Assembly: GCA_043732185.1 (NCBI GenBank)
Contig: JAYTHY010000075.1
Location: 1-30,607, forward strand
Direction of reading: 5' to 3'
Source: Fibrobacteria bacterium
GTDB taxonomy: Bacteria > Fibrobacterota > Fibrobacteria > UBA11236
Length of the DNA stretch: 30,607 bases
Position numbers and translations under genes: made by a program. Shown here piece after piece: positions 1 to 9,260 of the stretch. Under the pieces are notes generated by a model. The model saw only the letters and a list, made by a program, of their open reading frames with translations, did not search any database and was not told the DNA's origin. Position 1 is the first letter of the stretch. Every line of letters begins with the position of its first letter.

Positions 1-90
1 CATAATCGAAAGCCCCAACAAGAACACGGCCAATAGCCAAAGACCCGACTGACCCTGTGCTGCACTACCACTGACATCCGCCACGTACAT
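1..90 (-). CDS. 5' end of a gene running off the window; hydrophobic N-terminus, probable membrane protein (partial)
   Basis: Manual translation: ATG at 90 preceded by AAGGGGG; reads MYVADVSGSAAQGQSGLWLLAVFLLGLSIM, open to the window edge. Confidence 0.5.
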   Translation of the reverse strand, partial: MYVADVSGSAAQGQSGLWLLAVFLLGLSIM

Positions 91-495
91 GAGATTGCCC
101 CCTTGTAAATTAATTCTATCACTGGGCAAAAAAACTGCCTAGTCTTAAGTGGTTATGATTGTGCGAGTAAGAGTGGCTCTTTTCATAAAGTCTAGGACAG
201 GGAGCGGCATCAAGTCACGGTCTGGGATCGCAACGGAACACGCACCCAATTTGAATTCGATTATTTTTTTCTTAACATGTTTTAAATCATAGACTTATGA
301 TATTTACATTGTAAGTTTATTATGCCGAAATTTTTATTCTGGACCCATAAATTGTAAAGATGTCCAGCGCATGGGCGACAAAACGACCCGGCCCATGCCT
401 TAGGTGAAAAAAAAGCGGTTGAAGATTTTCTGGAGTTTATTGTGAAAGTTTTGTGAGGTTTTTTTGTAAATTCATTGCGCCGCTAAAATCCATTC

Positions 496-541
496 GGTCT
501 CCGTTGACCATCGGCACAGGTCACCGTCGACCACCGGCATA
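496..541 (+). repeat. Two tandem imperfect 23-nt repeats, each containing GGTC-N6-GACC, upstream of the FKBP gene
   Basis: ggtctccgttgaccatcggcaca (496-518) and ggtcaccgtcgaccaccggcata (519-541); 19/23 identical. Confidence 0.7.
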
Positions 542-567
542 GCCGGATCATCCCTTAGGAGTCGGAA

Positions 568-1371
568 ATGAATACTTGGAAGAAAACATTGTCTATTTGC
601 TTGTCGGGCATTGCCATGGCCGCCTGCGATAAAATTGATACCAAAGCCTCCCGTGACCTCAAGACCCAGAAAGATAAGGTCAGTTACGGAATTGGATTGG
701 ACATTGGAAAAAGCTTTAAACAACAGTCCCTGGACTCCAAGGACATTGACCTCGACAAGTTGCGCATTGGCATTCAAGATGCCATGGGAGAGATAAAGCC
801 TATGCTTACAGACTCGCAATTGTCCAGTACCATGATGGCCTTCCAGAAGGAAATGATGGCGCGTCAGGACTCCGTGAACCGTAAAAAGGGTGAAGCCAAT
901 GTCAAAGCCGGCCAAGACTTTATGGCCAAGAACGCCAAGGAACCTGGTGTTGTGACCTTGCCTGACGGCCTCCAGTATAAAATAATCACGGCCGGTACTG
1001 GTAAAAAGCCTGATTCATCTAGCACCGTTTCCGTGAACTACACGGGTACTTTGATCGACGGCACCGAATTCGACAGCTCAGTCAAACGTGGACAGCCAGT
1101 GACCTTCCCCGTAAACGGCGTGATCAAAGGCTGGACGGAAGCCTTGCAGCTTATGCCTGTGGGTTCAAAGTGGATGGTATACATCCCCGCCGCCCTTGGC
1201 TATGGCGAACATGGAGCAGGCCAGAAAATTGGCCCCAATGCCGCTTTGATTTTCGAAGTGGAATTGCTTTCCATCGTGGAACCCGCAAAGCCAGAATCCA
1301 GCACTCCAGCCATGCCCGCCGGACATCCCGGAGCCGCCGCGCACAAAGCCGGTTCCAAGGCCGCTAAATAA
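568..1371 (+). CDS. fkpA: FKBP-type peptidyl-prolyl cis-trans isomerase (FkpA/Mip-like), probable lipoprotein
   Basis: FKBP_N motif DKVSYGIG; FKBP domain motifs GLQY, VNYTGTLIDGTEFDSS, VIKGWTEAL, YG..G, IGPNAALIFEVELL; lipobox-like AMAAC; RBS AGGAG. Confidence 0.93.
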   Translation: MNTWKKTLSICLSGIAMAACDKIDTKASRDLKTQKDKVSYGIGLDIGKSFKQQSLDSKDIDLDKLRIGIQDAMGEIKPMLTDSQLSSTMMAFQKEMMARQDSVNRKKGEANVKAGQDFMAKNAKEPGVVTLPDGLQYKIITAGTGKKPDSSSTVSVNYTGTLIDGTEFDSSVKRGQPVTFPVNGVIKGWTEALQLMPVGSKWMVYIPAALGYGEHGAGQKIGPNAALIFEVELLSIVEPAKPESSTPAMPAGHPGAAAHKAGSKAAK

Positions 1372-1400
1372 TCTGAACAGCATTTGAAAGGAACGGTTTA

Positions 1401-4400
1401 ATGGCCGATATAACCATCAAGCCATTCCGCAAAATATTGGTGGCGAACCGTGGGGAAATCGCCATCCGTATTTTTCGCGCGGCCACCGAAATGGGCATCC
1501 AGACGGTGGCCATCTATTCTCAAGAAGATCGTCTCAACCTCCATCGTTACAAGGCTGATGAAGCCTACCTGATCGGTGTCGGGAAAACTCCCGTTGGTGC
1601 TTACCTCGGTATTGAAGAAATCGTACAACTGGCATTGGATAAGCAGGTAGATGCCATCCATCCGGGTTACGGCTTCCTATCGGAAAATGCCGATTTTGCG
1701 CGTGCCTGCCGTGCCGCCGGTATCGCTTTTATTGGCCCACCACCCGAAGTTTTAGACGCTATGGGAGACAAAGTGGCCGCCCGTGCCATAGCCGAGCTGG
1801 CTGGCGTACCTGTTATTCCCGGAACCCGAGAGGGCCTGGAAACGGAACAGGATGCGCTTCTTTTCGCCAAAGAATATGGCTATCCGCTCATTATTAAAGC
1901 TGCCATGGGCGGCGGTGGACGCGGCATGAGCATCGTGCGTGATCGCGGGGAATTGATCAATGCCATCGCTAGGTCCAAGGCGGAAGCAGAATCGTCCTTC
2001 GGCAATCCAAAAGTTTTTATCGAACGGTATTTGGATGGTCCCAAACATATTGAAGTTCAAATTCTAGCCGATCAATACGGCAGCCGTGTACACCTTTTTG
2101 AACGCGATTGTTCCATTCAACGCCGACATCAAAAAGTGGTGGAAGTAGCACCGGCACTCAAGCTGTCGCTCAAACAAAAAGAAGCCCTGTATGCTGATGC
2201 GCTGGCCATTGCCCGCCAGGTGGGCTATGTCAATGCAGGCACGGTGGAATTTCTGGTCGACAAGCAGGGCAAGCACTATTTCATTGAAGTCAACCCGCGC
2301 ATTCAAGTTGAACATACAGTAACGGAAGTCATCACCGGACGTGATATCGTACAATGTCAAATCCGTGTGGCCGAGGGCTATCCCCTCTCCCACCCTTTCA
2401 TCCAAATCGAATCGCAAAAAAACATCAAGAAAAGCGGCTACTGCATTCAGCTGCGCCTCACTACAGAAGATCCGGCCAATAATTTTGCGCCCGATCATGG
2501 CAAAATCACCGCCTTCCGCGCAGGTGAAGGCTTTGGCATACGGCTTGATGCCGGATCCGGTTTCGATGGCGCCGTCATTACTCCGCATTACGACTCGCTG
2601 CTCATTAAGGTGTGCTCATGGGGACTTAGTTTTGATCAAGCCGCCAGCAAAGCCCTCCGGGCTATCCGCGAATTCCGTATCCGCGGCGTCAAAACCAACA
2701 TTCCCTTTTTGGAAAACGTGCTTAAGCATCCGGATTTCTTAAAAGGGGATTGCACTACCACTTTTATTGAAACCCATCCCGATCTTTTCAACTTCAAGCC
2801 CAAGCTGGACCGCGCCAACAAGGTGCTGAATTATTTATCCAATCTGGCCGTTAACGGTTTTCCGGAAATCGATGCCAAGCTAAAACCGGGCCGCATTCAA
2901 ATGCCGCAGGTTCCTGCTGTTCCCAAATCTGCTCCGCCCATTTCCCCCGCCTACGCGGTTTTCAAAGCCAAAGGGCCCAAGGGGCTGGCCGACTGGACGC
3001 TCCAGCAGAAATCACTGCTGCTTACGGACACCACTTTCCGGGATGCCCATCAAAGCCTCATCGCCACACGCATGCGCAGCGACGATCTTTTCCGTATCTC
3101 CCATGCTACCGCACACTTGGCGGCTCCCATGTTTTCACAGGAAATGTGGGGTGGCGCCACCTTTGACGTAGCCTTGCGCTTTCTGCATGAGGATCCGTGG
3201 GAACGCTTACGAAGAATCCGCCGTCTCATGCCTGGCACCTTACTACAGATGCTGCTACGCTCCGGCAATGCAGTGGGCTATACCAACTACCCAGACAATA
3301 TCGTCAATCGGTTTATTGAAGCGTCGGCCCAAAACGGCATCGACATTTTCCGGATTTTCGACTGTTTAAATTGGGTGGAAGGTTTAAAACCTTGTATTGA
3401 TGCCGTAGGCAAAACCGGTAAAATCGTGGAAGCGGCCATTTGTTATTCCGGCGACATTACCGATGGAAAGCGCCTCAAATACACACTGGCCTATTATGTA
3501 AAACTTGCCAAGGAATTGGAAGCGGCCGGAACGCATATTCTCGCCATCAAGGATATGGCCGGATTGCTGAAACCGGATGCGGCGCGCATTCTGGTCACGG
3601 AGCTGAAGAATGCCGTTTCCGTTCCCATTCATCTTCACACGCACGACACCAGCGGAAATCAAGTGGCGGCCTTATTGGAGGCCTCCAAGGCTGGCGTGGA
3701 CATTGTCGATGCAGCACTGTCCTCTATGTCCGGTATTACTTCCCAGCCTTCCCTGAACGCTCTGGTATGCGCCCTGGACGGTACCGAACGGGAAACCGGG
3801 CTGAATGATGAAAGTTTGCAAAAACTGGCCGACTATTGGGAGCTGGCCCGCGAACCTTACGCGCCTTTTGAATGCGGCCTAAAAGCCGGTAGCGCCGACG
3901 TTTATAGACACGAAATGCCGGGTGGACAATATTCCAACTTCCGGGCTCAGGCTATTTCCTTGGGTCTTGGAGAACGCTGGGACGAAGTCAAAACCATGTA
4001 CCGCACGGTCAATGACATGGCGGGTGATATCATCAAAGTTACCCCCTCCTCCAAGGCTGTCGGGGACATGGCCTTGTTCATGACGCAGAACAACTTGACA
4101 CCGGACGATGTCCACACCCGAGCCAAAGACCTGGCCTTTCCCGATTCCTTTGTGAGTATGATGAAAGGCATGATGGGGCAGCCCCCGGGCGGTTTTCCTC
4201 CGGAACTGCAAAAAGCGGTGCTGAACGGTGAAGAACCGATAACGTGTCGGCCCGGTGAACTACTGGAAAATTTTGACTTTGAGGCGGCCCAAAGCAGCTT
4301 CAAGTCCAAATATGGCAAAGATCTAGATGCTGAGGATTTACTCAGCTATGCCTTATACCCCAAAGTCTTTACGGAATACTTCCTTTTCCACAATGCCTTT

Positions 4401-4865
4401 GGCGATGTCTCCATTTTAGACACCCCAACCTTTTTCTACGGCGTAAAATTGGGCGATGAAAAAGCCATAACCATCCAAGAAGGCAAAACCCTTATCGTCA
4501 AACTATTGGCGATCAGCGAACTTCAACCGGATGGAATGCGGAATATCTTTTGGGAACTAAACGGTCGCCGTCGCAATACTGTGGTACTGGACCAGAACTC
4601 CGGAATAAAAATTGTTAAACGTCAAAAAGCCGATCCGGAAATTCCCGGCCAATTGCCGGCCCCAATGTCTGGAAAAGTTGTGGAACTTTCCGTCGGTTCC
4701 GGTGATATGGTTGAAGAAGGCCAAAAGCTATTGACTACGGAAGCCATGAAAATGTTAAATGTGATCAAGTCCCCGTGTGCGGGTATCGTTAAACGGGTTC
4801 TGGTAGTGAAGGGCGACGATGTTGCGCCTGGTGACTTAATCTTTGAGATAGCGCCCACGGCTTAG
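1401..4865 (+). CDS. pyc: Pyruvate carboxylase (single-chain)
   Basis: Biotin carboxylase motifs (ILVANRGEIA, HPGYGFLSEN, GGGGRG, ERDCSIQRRHQK, RIQVEH); carboxyltransferase motifs (RDAHQS, WGGATFD, IKDMAG, HLHTH, PGGQYSN); biotinyl motif EAMKM; 1154 aa. Confidence 0.98.
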   Translation: MADITIKPFRKILVANRGEIAIRIFRAATEMGIQTVAIYSQEDRLNLHRYKADEAYLIGVGKTPVGAYLGIEEIVQLALDKQVDAIHPGYGFLSENADFARACRAAGIAFIGPPPEVLDAMGDKVAARAIAELAGVPVIPGTREGLETEQDALLFAKEYGYPLIIKAAMGGGGRGMSIVRDRGELINAIARSKAEAESSFGNPKVFIERYLDGPKHIEVQILADQYGSRVHLFERDCSIQRRHQKVVEVAPALKLSLKQKEALYADALAIARQVGYVNAGTVEFLVDKQGKHYFIEVNPRIQVEHTVTEVITGRDIVQCQIRVAEGYPLSHPFIQIESQKNIKKSGYCIQLRLTTEDPANNFAPDHGKITAFRAGEGFGIRLDAGSGFDGAVITPHYDSLLIKVCSWGLSFDQAASKALRAIREFRIRGVKTNIPFLENVLKHPDFLKGDCTTTFIETHPDLFNFKPKLDRANKVLNYLSNLAVNGFPEIDAKLKPGRIQMPQVPAVPKSAPPISPAYAVFKAKGPKGLADWTLQQKSLLLTDTTFRDAHQSLIATRMRSDDLFRISHATAHLAAPMFSQEMWGGATFDVALRFLHEDPWERLRRIRRLMPGTLLQMLLRSGNAVGYTNYPDNIVNRFIEASAQNGIDIFRIFDCLNWVEGLKPCIDAVGKTGKIVEAAICYSGDITDGKRLKYTLAYYVKLAKELEAAGTHILAIKDMAGLLKPDAARILVTELKNAVSVPIHLHTHDTSGNQVAALLEASKAGVDIVDAALSSMSGITSQPSLNALVCALDGTERETGLNDESLQKLADYWELAREPYAPFECGLKAGSADVYRHEMPGGQYSNFRAQAISLGLGERWDEVKTMYRTVNDMAGDIIKVTPSSKAVGDMALFMTQNNLTPDDVHTRAKDLAFPDSFVSMMKGMMGQPPGGFPPELQKAVLNGEEPITCRPGELLENFDFEAAQSSFKSKYGKDLDAEDLLSYALYPKVFTEYFLFHNAFGDVSILDTPTFFYGVKLGDEKAITIQEGKTLIVKLLAISELQPDGMRNIFWELNGRRRNTVVLDQNSGIKIVKRQKADPEIPGQLPAPMSGKVVELSVGSGDMVEEGQKLLTTEAMKMLNVIKSPCAGIVKRVLVVKGDDVAPGDLIFEIAPTA

Positions 4866-4907
4866 GCTTAGACCTTGGCACCTAAACTTAAGCCCCTAAA
4901 ATTAGGC

Positions 4908-7091
4908 TTATCGTTTCGTGGATTTCGGTGATGCCCCTGGAACGTCAGCCACAGCCGCAGTGGGGCTGATATCACCTAGCACATTGATGGCCTCACGCAA
5001 ATAGAAATCGCGCGCCAGCTGCTCTTTCCACTTTATGTCTTTTTCCTTTTCTAAGGAATCAGTCGACGGTTTGGCGCTCGCCAAGCTCGTCACGTTCATG
5101 TTGGCGTTTTCTTTCTGCAACGCTTCGAATTTTTCCGTCTCCTTGCGGGCGGCGTCTTGCTCCTGAATGAACTTGTTTTTCTGCACGCTCACCCAAGCAC
5201 GGTCGCGTTGTTTCTGCACCTTTTCCGTCAACTCCGCAAGCTGTCGTGCAAACGCATCGGATTTTAATCGAGCCTGATCCTTTTTACGCAAGGCGCTCAC
5301 ATCGAATTTTTGTTTGTTCCACTTGGCATAGACCAAGGAGGGAACCGTGTCCCAGGGTAAAGGATATTCCAGATTCTTTTCGCCCACATCCATATTGCTG
5401 TATCCATCAGGAATCATGATATCTGGAACAACACCCTTATATTGTGTGGTTCCACCGTTGATTCGATAAAATTTTTGAATCGTGAGTTTGAGGGATCCCA
5501 TTGGCCGCATGGACGCGAACGCCGGGGGCAAGTACGCATCGAGATCCATCATCGATTGTACCGTACCTTTGCCAAAGGTAGTGTCTGTACCAAAAATTAC
5601 GGCACGGCCATAATCCTGCAGTGCAGCGGCCAGGATTTCCGACGCGGACGCACTGAAAGTATTGACCATGATGACAAGTGGCCCATCATAAATGATGTCG
5701 TTGTCCTGATCATTGAGAACGGTGACATTGCCCTTTTGATCCTTGATCTGAACAACCGGACCCGCCTTGAAAAAAAGGCCGGCCATTTTGACGGCATCAT
5801 CCAAGGCACCGCCTCCATTGTTCCGCAGGTCCAAAACTATGCCTTCCACTTTTTCCGTCTTCAGCTTTTCCAATTCTTCTCGAATATCGGCGGACGCCGT
5901 GCGACCACGGCTATTGTTGAAGTCATGATAAAATGCGGGCAAGTTGATGTATCCGAATTTCCGCTTGCCCACAGTGGGCGACATAATCGCAGATTTGGCA
6001 TAGGTTTCTTCCACGACGACGACATCGCGGAAAATGGGAATGACTTTGATTTGGCCAGAGGGTTTCTGAACTGTCAGGCGCACCTCGGTGCCCTTACGCC
6101 CCCGGATCATCCGCACGGCATCATTTACACTGGCTTCGACCAGATCCACCGGCTCGTCCGAGCCTTGGGCGACCTTTAAAATTTTATCCTCAGCCTTGAG
6201 TTCTTTCTGCCGCCACGACGCGCTGCCGGGAACAATACTGACCACTTTGATAAAGCCATCCTCTTCGCGAAGGACTGCCCCAATGCCTTCTAAGGTGCCC
6301 GTCATGCTGAGGTCGAAATCTTCTTTGGCTTCAGGCTTGAAATACTCCGTATGCGGATCATAGGAGTTTCCCACCGTATTCAGATACGAAGAGATGCGAT
6401 CGAGCCGGTCTTCCTTTAACATGCGCTCAAATAGGCGTCTGGTACTGCGGGCCACGTATTTTTTAGCGTCCAATTCCTGTGCTTCCGTAGGCGGACTTTT
6501 CAGGCCAGGCGATGCTTTGGACTTCGTCTGGAGCTTTGCTTGCGGCTTACCTTTTTCGGGGGATTTATCATCGTCCTTGGTTTTGACTTCCTTGACATCC
6601 TGTAAGTGCGTCAAGATTTGGTACTTCAACAAGCGTAACCAACGCTGGGACAGTTCTTCTTTACTTTTCGCGAAACTTTGTTTCTCCGGATCAAGCGGCA
6701 AGGAATCGTCTGAATTTAAATCGATTTTTCCCTCAAGAAGGGTTGCTGTCATCGCTTGGGCATCTGCAATACGTCTGCGTAAAATAACCGTGGCCGCATC
6801 AAAAAAAGTACTGGTACCCATGTTCAATTCATTGTCGATATCGCTTTCAAAACGGGTCAAACTGTCGACGTCTTCTTGCAATAGGAAACGCTTTTGCGCA
6901 TCCATTCTTTTGATGTGCAGGGTAAAAACCTTTTTGGAAAAGGCATCATCCAATTTAGGTGCATTGTAATGCCAGGAGCCCAGACTCTTAATCGCGATTT
7001 TAGTTAGAAACTCCTCCTTGGTGGGTTGGGCATGGGCCGCAAGTACCAGGAGGGCAAAAAGACATCCAAGGGATCGCAAGCTCCTGGTCAC
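4908..7091 (-). CDS. prc: Carboxy-terminal processing (tail-specific) protease, S41A family, PDZ-containing
   Basis: Motifs DPHTEY, LEGIGAVL, PDZ region, DLRNNGGG, SASASEI (catalytic Ser), TFGKGTVQ (Lys), QKFYRINGG, GVVPDI; signal peptide. GTG at 7091 follows AGAAAGG; the ORF track extends to 7130. Confidence 0.95.
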   Translation of the reverse strand: MTRSLRSLGCLFALLVLAAHAQPTKEEFLTKIAIKSLGSWHYNAPKLDDAFSKKVFTLHIKRMDAQKRFLLQEDVDSLTRFESDIDNELNMGTSTFFDAATVILRRRIADAQAMTATLLEGKIDLNSDDSLPLDPEKQSFAKSKEELSQRWLRLLKYQILTHLQDVKEVKTKDDDKSPEKGKPQAKLQTKSKASPGLKSPPTEAQELDAKKYVARSTRRLFERMLKEDRLDRISSYLNTVGNSYDPHTEYFKPEAKEDFDLSMTGTLEGIGAVLREEDGFIKVVSIVPGSASWRQKELKAEDKILKVAQGSDEPVDLVEASVNDAVRMIRGRKGTEVRLTVQKPSGQIKVIPIFRDVVVVEETYAKSAIMSPTVGKRKFGYINLPAFYHDFNNSRGRTASADIREELEKLKTEKVEGIVLDLRNNGGGALDDAVKMAGLFFKAGPVVQIKDQKGNVTVLNDQDNDIIYDGPLVIMVNTFSASASEILAAALQDYGRAVIFGTDTTFGKGTVQSMMDLDAYLPPAFASMRPMGSLKLTIQKFYRINGGTTQYKGVVPDIMIPDGYSNMDVGEKNLEYPLPWDTVPSLVYAKWNKQKFDVSALRKKDQARLKSDAFARQLAELTEKVQKQRDRAWVSVQKNKFIQEQDAARKETEKFEALQKENANMNVTSLASAKPSTDSLEKEKDIKWKEQLARDFYLREAINVLGDISPTAAVADVPGASPKSTKR

Positions 7092-7287
7092 ATTGGCCTT
7101 TCTGAAGGTTAGAATCCAGCATGGATTCAATTGCGTTTATTATAGCAATATCCCCCAGTCATCGTACACACTTGAATGGTGCAGCGGTTAATATTTTGGG
7201 ATTAATCCGACCGATTTCCCTTGCTTTCGCGACTGCCATGCAGGAGTTTTGCAAGCTATATTTCCTGTCACCATTATGGAGAATGCT

Positions 7288-8337
7288 ATGGCCGGACAGG
7301 ATCAACGAATACTTAAATTTCTGGACCAAAATAGAGATCTGACGCCTACCATAACAGACATGATGACGAAGCTGAACATCAGTATTTCAGAAATCAGCGA
7401 TTCCCTGATTGCGCTGGAAGCTGCAGGTCTCGTAACCAAGCGTTCAAATGCCCATGGAATCGAGTGTTGGTCCCCAAGCACGGTTCAGTTGGATGCAAGA
7501 CCCGATGCTTCGCCTGGACAAGGTTACAGTCCTCGCGCTGCAGTACCGCCTACTGCTCCCGTGCCTAAATCCGCACCGGTTCCGGTAAGGCATATTCAAC
7601 CCGTAGACCAGACCGCCTCGCAGACCCAGACTTTTAAAGCTATTCCTTCAGCTGCATCCAGCATTAAAATGGCCAAGCAAACTTCTGGAACGCAGCAAGG
7701 CGTTGGGATTCTAGCCTTCACATTGGGTCTCATTGCCGTGACCGGTTTTTCCACGTGGTTGGCTTTCCAGCTGGCAACGAATGAGATTCACAAAGTCTCA
7801 CGGGAAGTTGTGGATCAAAAAGGACTTAAAGCCACTACGGCCTCGTTGCAGGATTTTCAGATTAAAACTAAGGCGCATATTGCCGGATTGGAAGAGCAAG
7901 TAAAGCAGCTCCGCGAGCAAATGAACGCGTCGCATGTCGCCGTAGAGTCTTTGAAAGTGGCAAAAGCTGAAATCGCTGCGTCGGCACTGCCTAAAAAAAT
8001 AGTACCGTCTCCACGTGCCCTATCGAAACCAGAAAAACAGGAAAAAAAATCGATTGTGCAAAAACCCATCGCCAAAAATGAAGCGCCGGCTACAAAGGCT
8101 AAAGCGGTCAAAAAGAGTCAGCTAGTCAATAAGTTGAAACCATCAGATAAGATCGATAAGGCGGATAAGATGGGTAAGGTAGTTAAGGTGGATAAGGCGG
8201 CCAAACCGGAAAGTACGCGCGCATCGTCGCCCGACGAAAATACCGTTCCTGCAGCTACGTACAATGGGCCATCCGGAGAGGTCCCCAAACCACCGGGAAT
8301 TGGTGACCAAGATCTCCCTCCTCCACCTGGAGAGTAA
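7288..8337 (+). CDS. Hypothetical single-pass membrane protein: N-terminal winged helix, TM helix, coiled coil, Lys/Pro-rich tail
   Basis: GGAG 6 nt before ATG 7288 (ORF track starts 7249); wHTH-like QRILKFL...KLNISISEISDSLIALEAAGLV; hydrophobic segment GILAFTLGLIAVTGFSTWLAF. Confidence 0.75.
   Translation: MAGQDQRILKFLDQNRDLTPTITDMMTKLNISISEISDSLIALEAAGLVTKRSNAHGIECWSPSTVQLDARPDASPGQGYSPRAAVPPTAPVPKSAPVPVRHIQPVDQTASQTQTFKAIPSAASSIKMAKQTSGTQQGVGILAFTLGLIAVTGFSTWLAFQLATNEIHKVSREVVDQKGLKATTASLQDFQIKTKAHIAGLEEQVKQLREQMNASHVAVESLKVAKAEIAASALPKKIVPSPRALSKPEKQEKKSIVQKPIAKNEAPATKAKAVKKSQLVNKLKPSDKIDKADKMGKVVKVDKAAKPESTRASSPDENTVPAATYNGPSGEVPKPPGIGDQDLPPPPGE
8146..8199 (+). repeat. Six tandem 9-nt coding repeats (GNTAAGNNN) encoding DKIDKADKMGKVVKVDKA
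   Basis: gataagatc gataaggcg gataagatg ggtaaggta gttaaggtg gataaggcg. Confidence 0.8.
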
Positions 8338-8358
8338 AAAACCCTGATGGAAATAGGA

Positions 8359-9231
8359 TCACTCCTGTAGACTTAGGGTTTGAAAATCCTTTGCCAATTT
8401 TTCCACTTGCAGAATAAAATGTTCTTTCTGTTCAGGCGTGAGCATGCGATACACTATGAGGACGGTTGTTTTCAAGCGCATATCAAAAGCCTTTTGACCA
8501 GCCTGGTATTCCTTACTGCGCGACTTTTCGGGATAGACATAATAATCCTCCAAGAAACGGCGTAGCCTTTTGGGCCCAGCCTGCTTGCGCAACATATCTG
8601 CCACCCGTTCGGTTGCACTTTCTCTGGCGTCCAGCCACAAATTACCATTCCACGGTAAAGTTCGATTGAGCACCTTAATCTGGGCCTTTTGCTCCGCCTG
8701 CAAACTCCCGGTCCAATCTTCAAGTTCATCGATGATTTTAGTAAATCGATGTTCAAAACGATCCTCACTGCTTCCACTGAAATCCTTGTGCAGCTTTTCA
8801 TTTTTTTTCTTTTGTCGATCCACCCACAAGTCAATTTGATTGGGAGTCAGCGAGTCCAGTAAGGAAACGGCCTTGTCCATCATCGGCAACAAAGTACCCC
8901 GCAAAAGGATGTGATAGTTCGCAAATGCCGAATCGATTTCTTGTGGTCGCAACCCATCCTTAAGACCGGCCGCCACCCTTGTCAAAAAGGCCGCATAGCT
9001 GGGCAGCATTTCCCGCCTGTGCCATTTGAAGTAAGCGGCTACATCCTCTTTGAAATGGGTGCGCTGGGCTTTATCCAAATCAAAATTGTCTTCAACAGAA
9101 TAGATTACCACCCAGTCCGCATATTCATAGCCCATTCGCAGCTTGGTACAACCGACCAGGAATAGGAGAGCGAGCCCAATGGATAAGGCCCGTACGAAGG
9201 CTAATTTGCGGATGCGGTAGTTGGAAGGCAA
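8359..9231 (-). CDS. DUF6279-like lipoprotein
   Basis: Lipobox LVGC; pattern GY..ADW......D.FDL...Q, WHR..MLP.YA, W.GSL..EQ, LTPEQ recalled for this family; GGAG before the TTG start. Confidence 0.75.
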   Translation of the reverse strand: MPSNYRIRKLAFVRALSIGLALLFLVGCTKLRMGYEYADWVVIYSVEDNFDLDKAQRTHFKEDVAAYFKWHRREMLPSYAAFLTRVAAGLKDGLRPQEIDSAFANYHILLRGTLLPMMDKAVSLLDSLTPNQIDLWVDRQKKKNEKLHKDFSGSSEDRFEHRFTKIIDELEDWTGSLQAEQKAQIKVLNRTLPWNGNLWLDARESATERVADMLRKQAGPKRLRRFLEDYYVYPEKSRSKEYQAGQKAFDMRLKTTVLIVYRMLTPEQKEHFILQVEKLAKDFQTLSLQE

Positions 9232-9260
9232 TTACAACTCCATCACCAAATTATTTGGAG

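Noticed and set aside
121..250. Hairpin actgggca...tgcctagt and neighbouring GC-rich stretch as a possible c-di-GMP riboswitch or sRNA
   Set aside because: The conserved tetraloop/receptor and second-stem motifs are not recognisable; needs Rfam cmscan.
368..398. Inverted repeat gcatgggc...gcccatgc as a terminator
   Set aside because: Lies between divergent genes and has no directly following U-tract on either strand; function unsupported.
496..541. Tandem repeats as a mini CRISPR array (also 10141-10172)
   Set aside because: Only two units, no spacer-length unique sequence, no cas genes.
472..915. 147-aa minus-strand ORF
   Set aside because: Antisense to the well-supported FKBP gene.
4866..4907. 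Possible bidirectional terminator between pyc and prc (cctaa-aa-ttagg)
   Set aside because: Short AT-rich stem, tiny loop and no U-tract.
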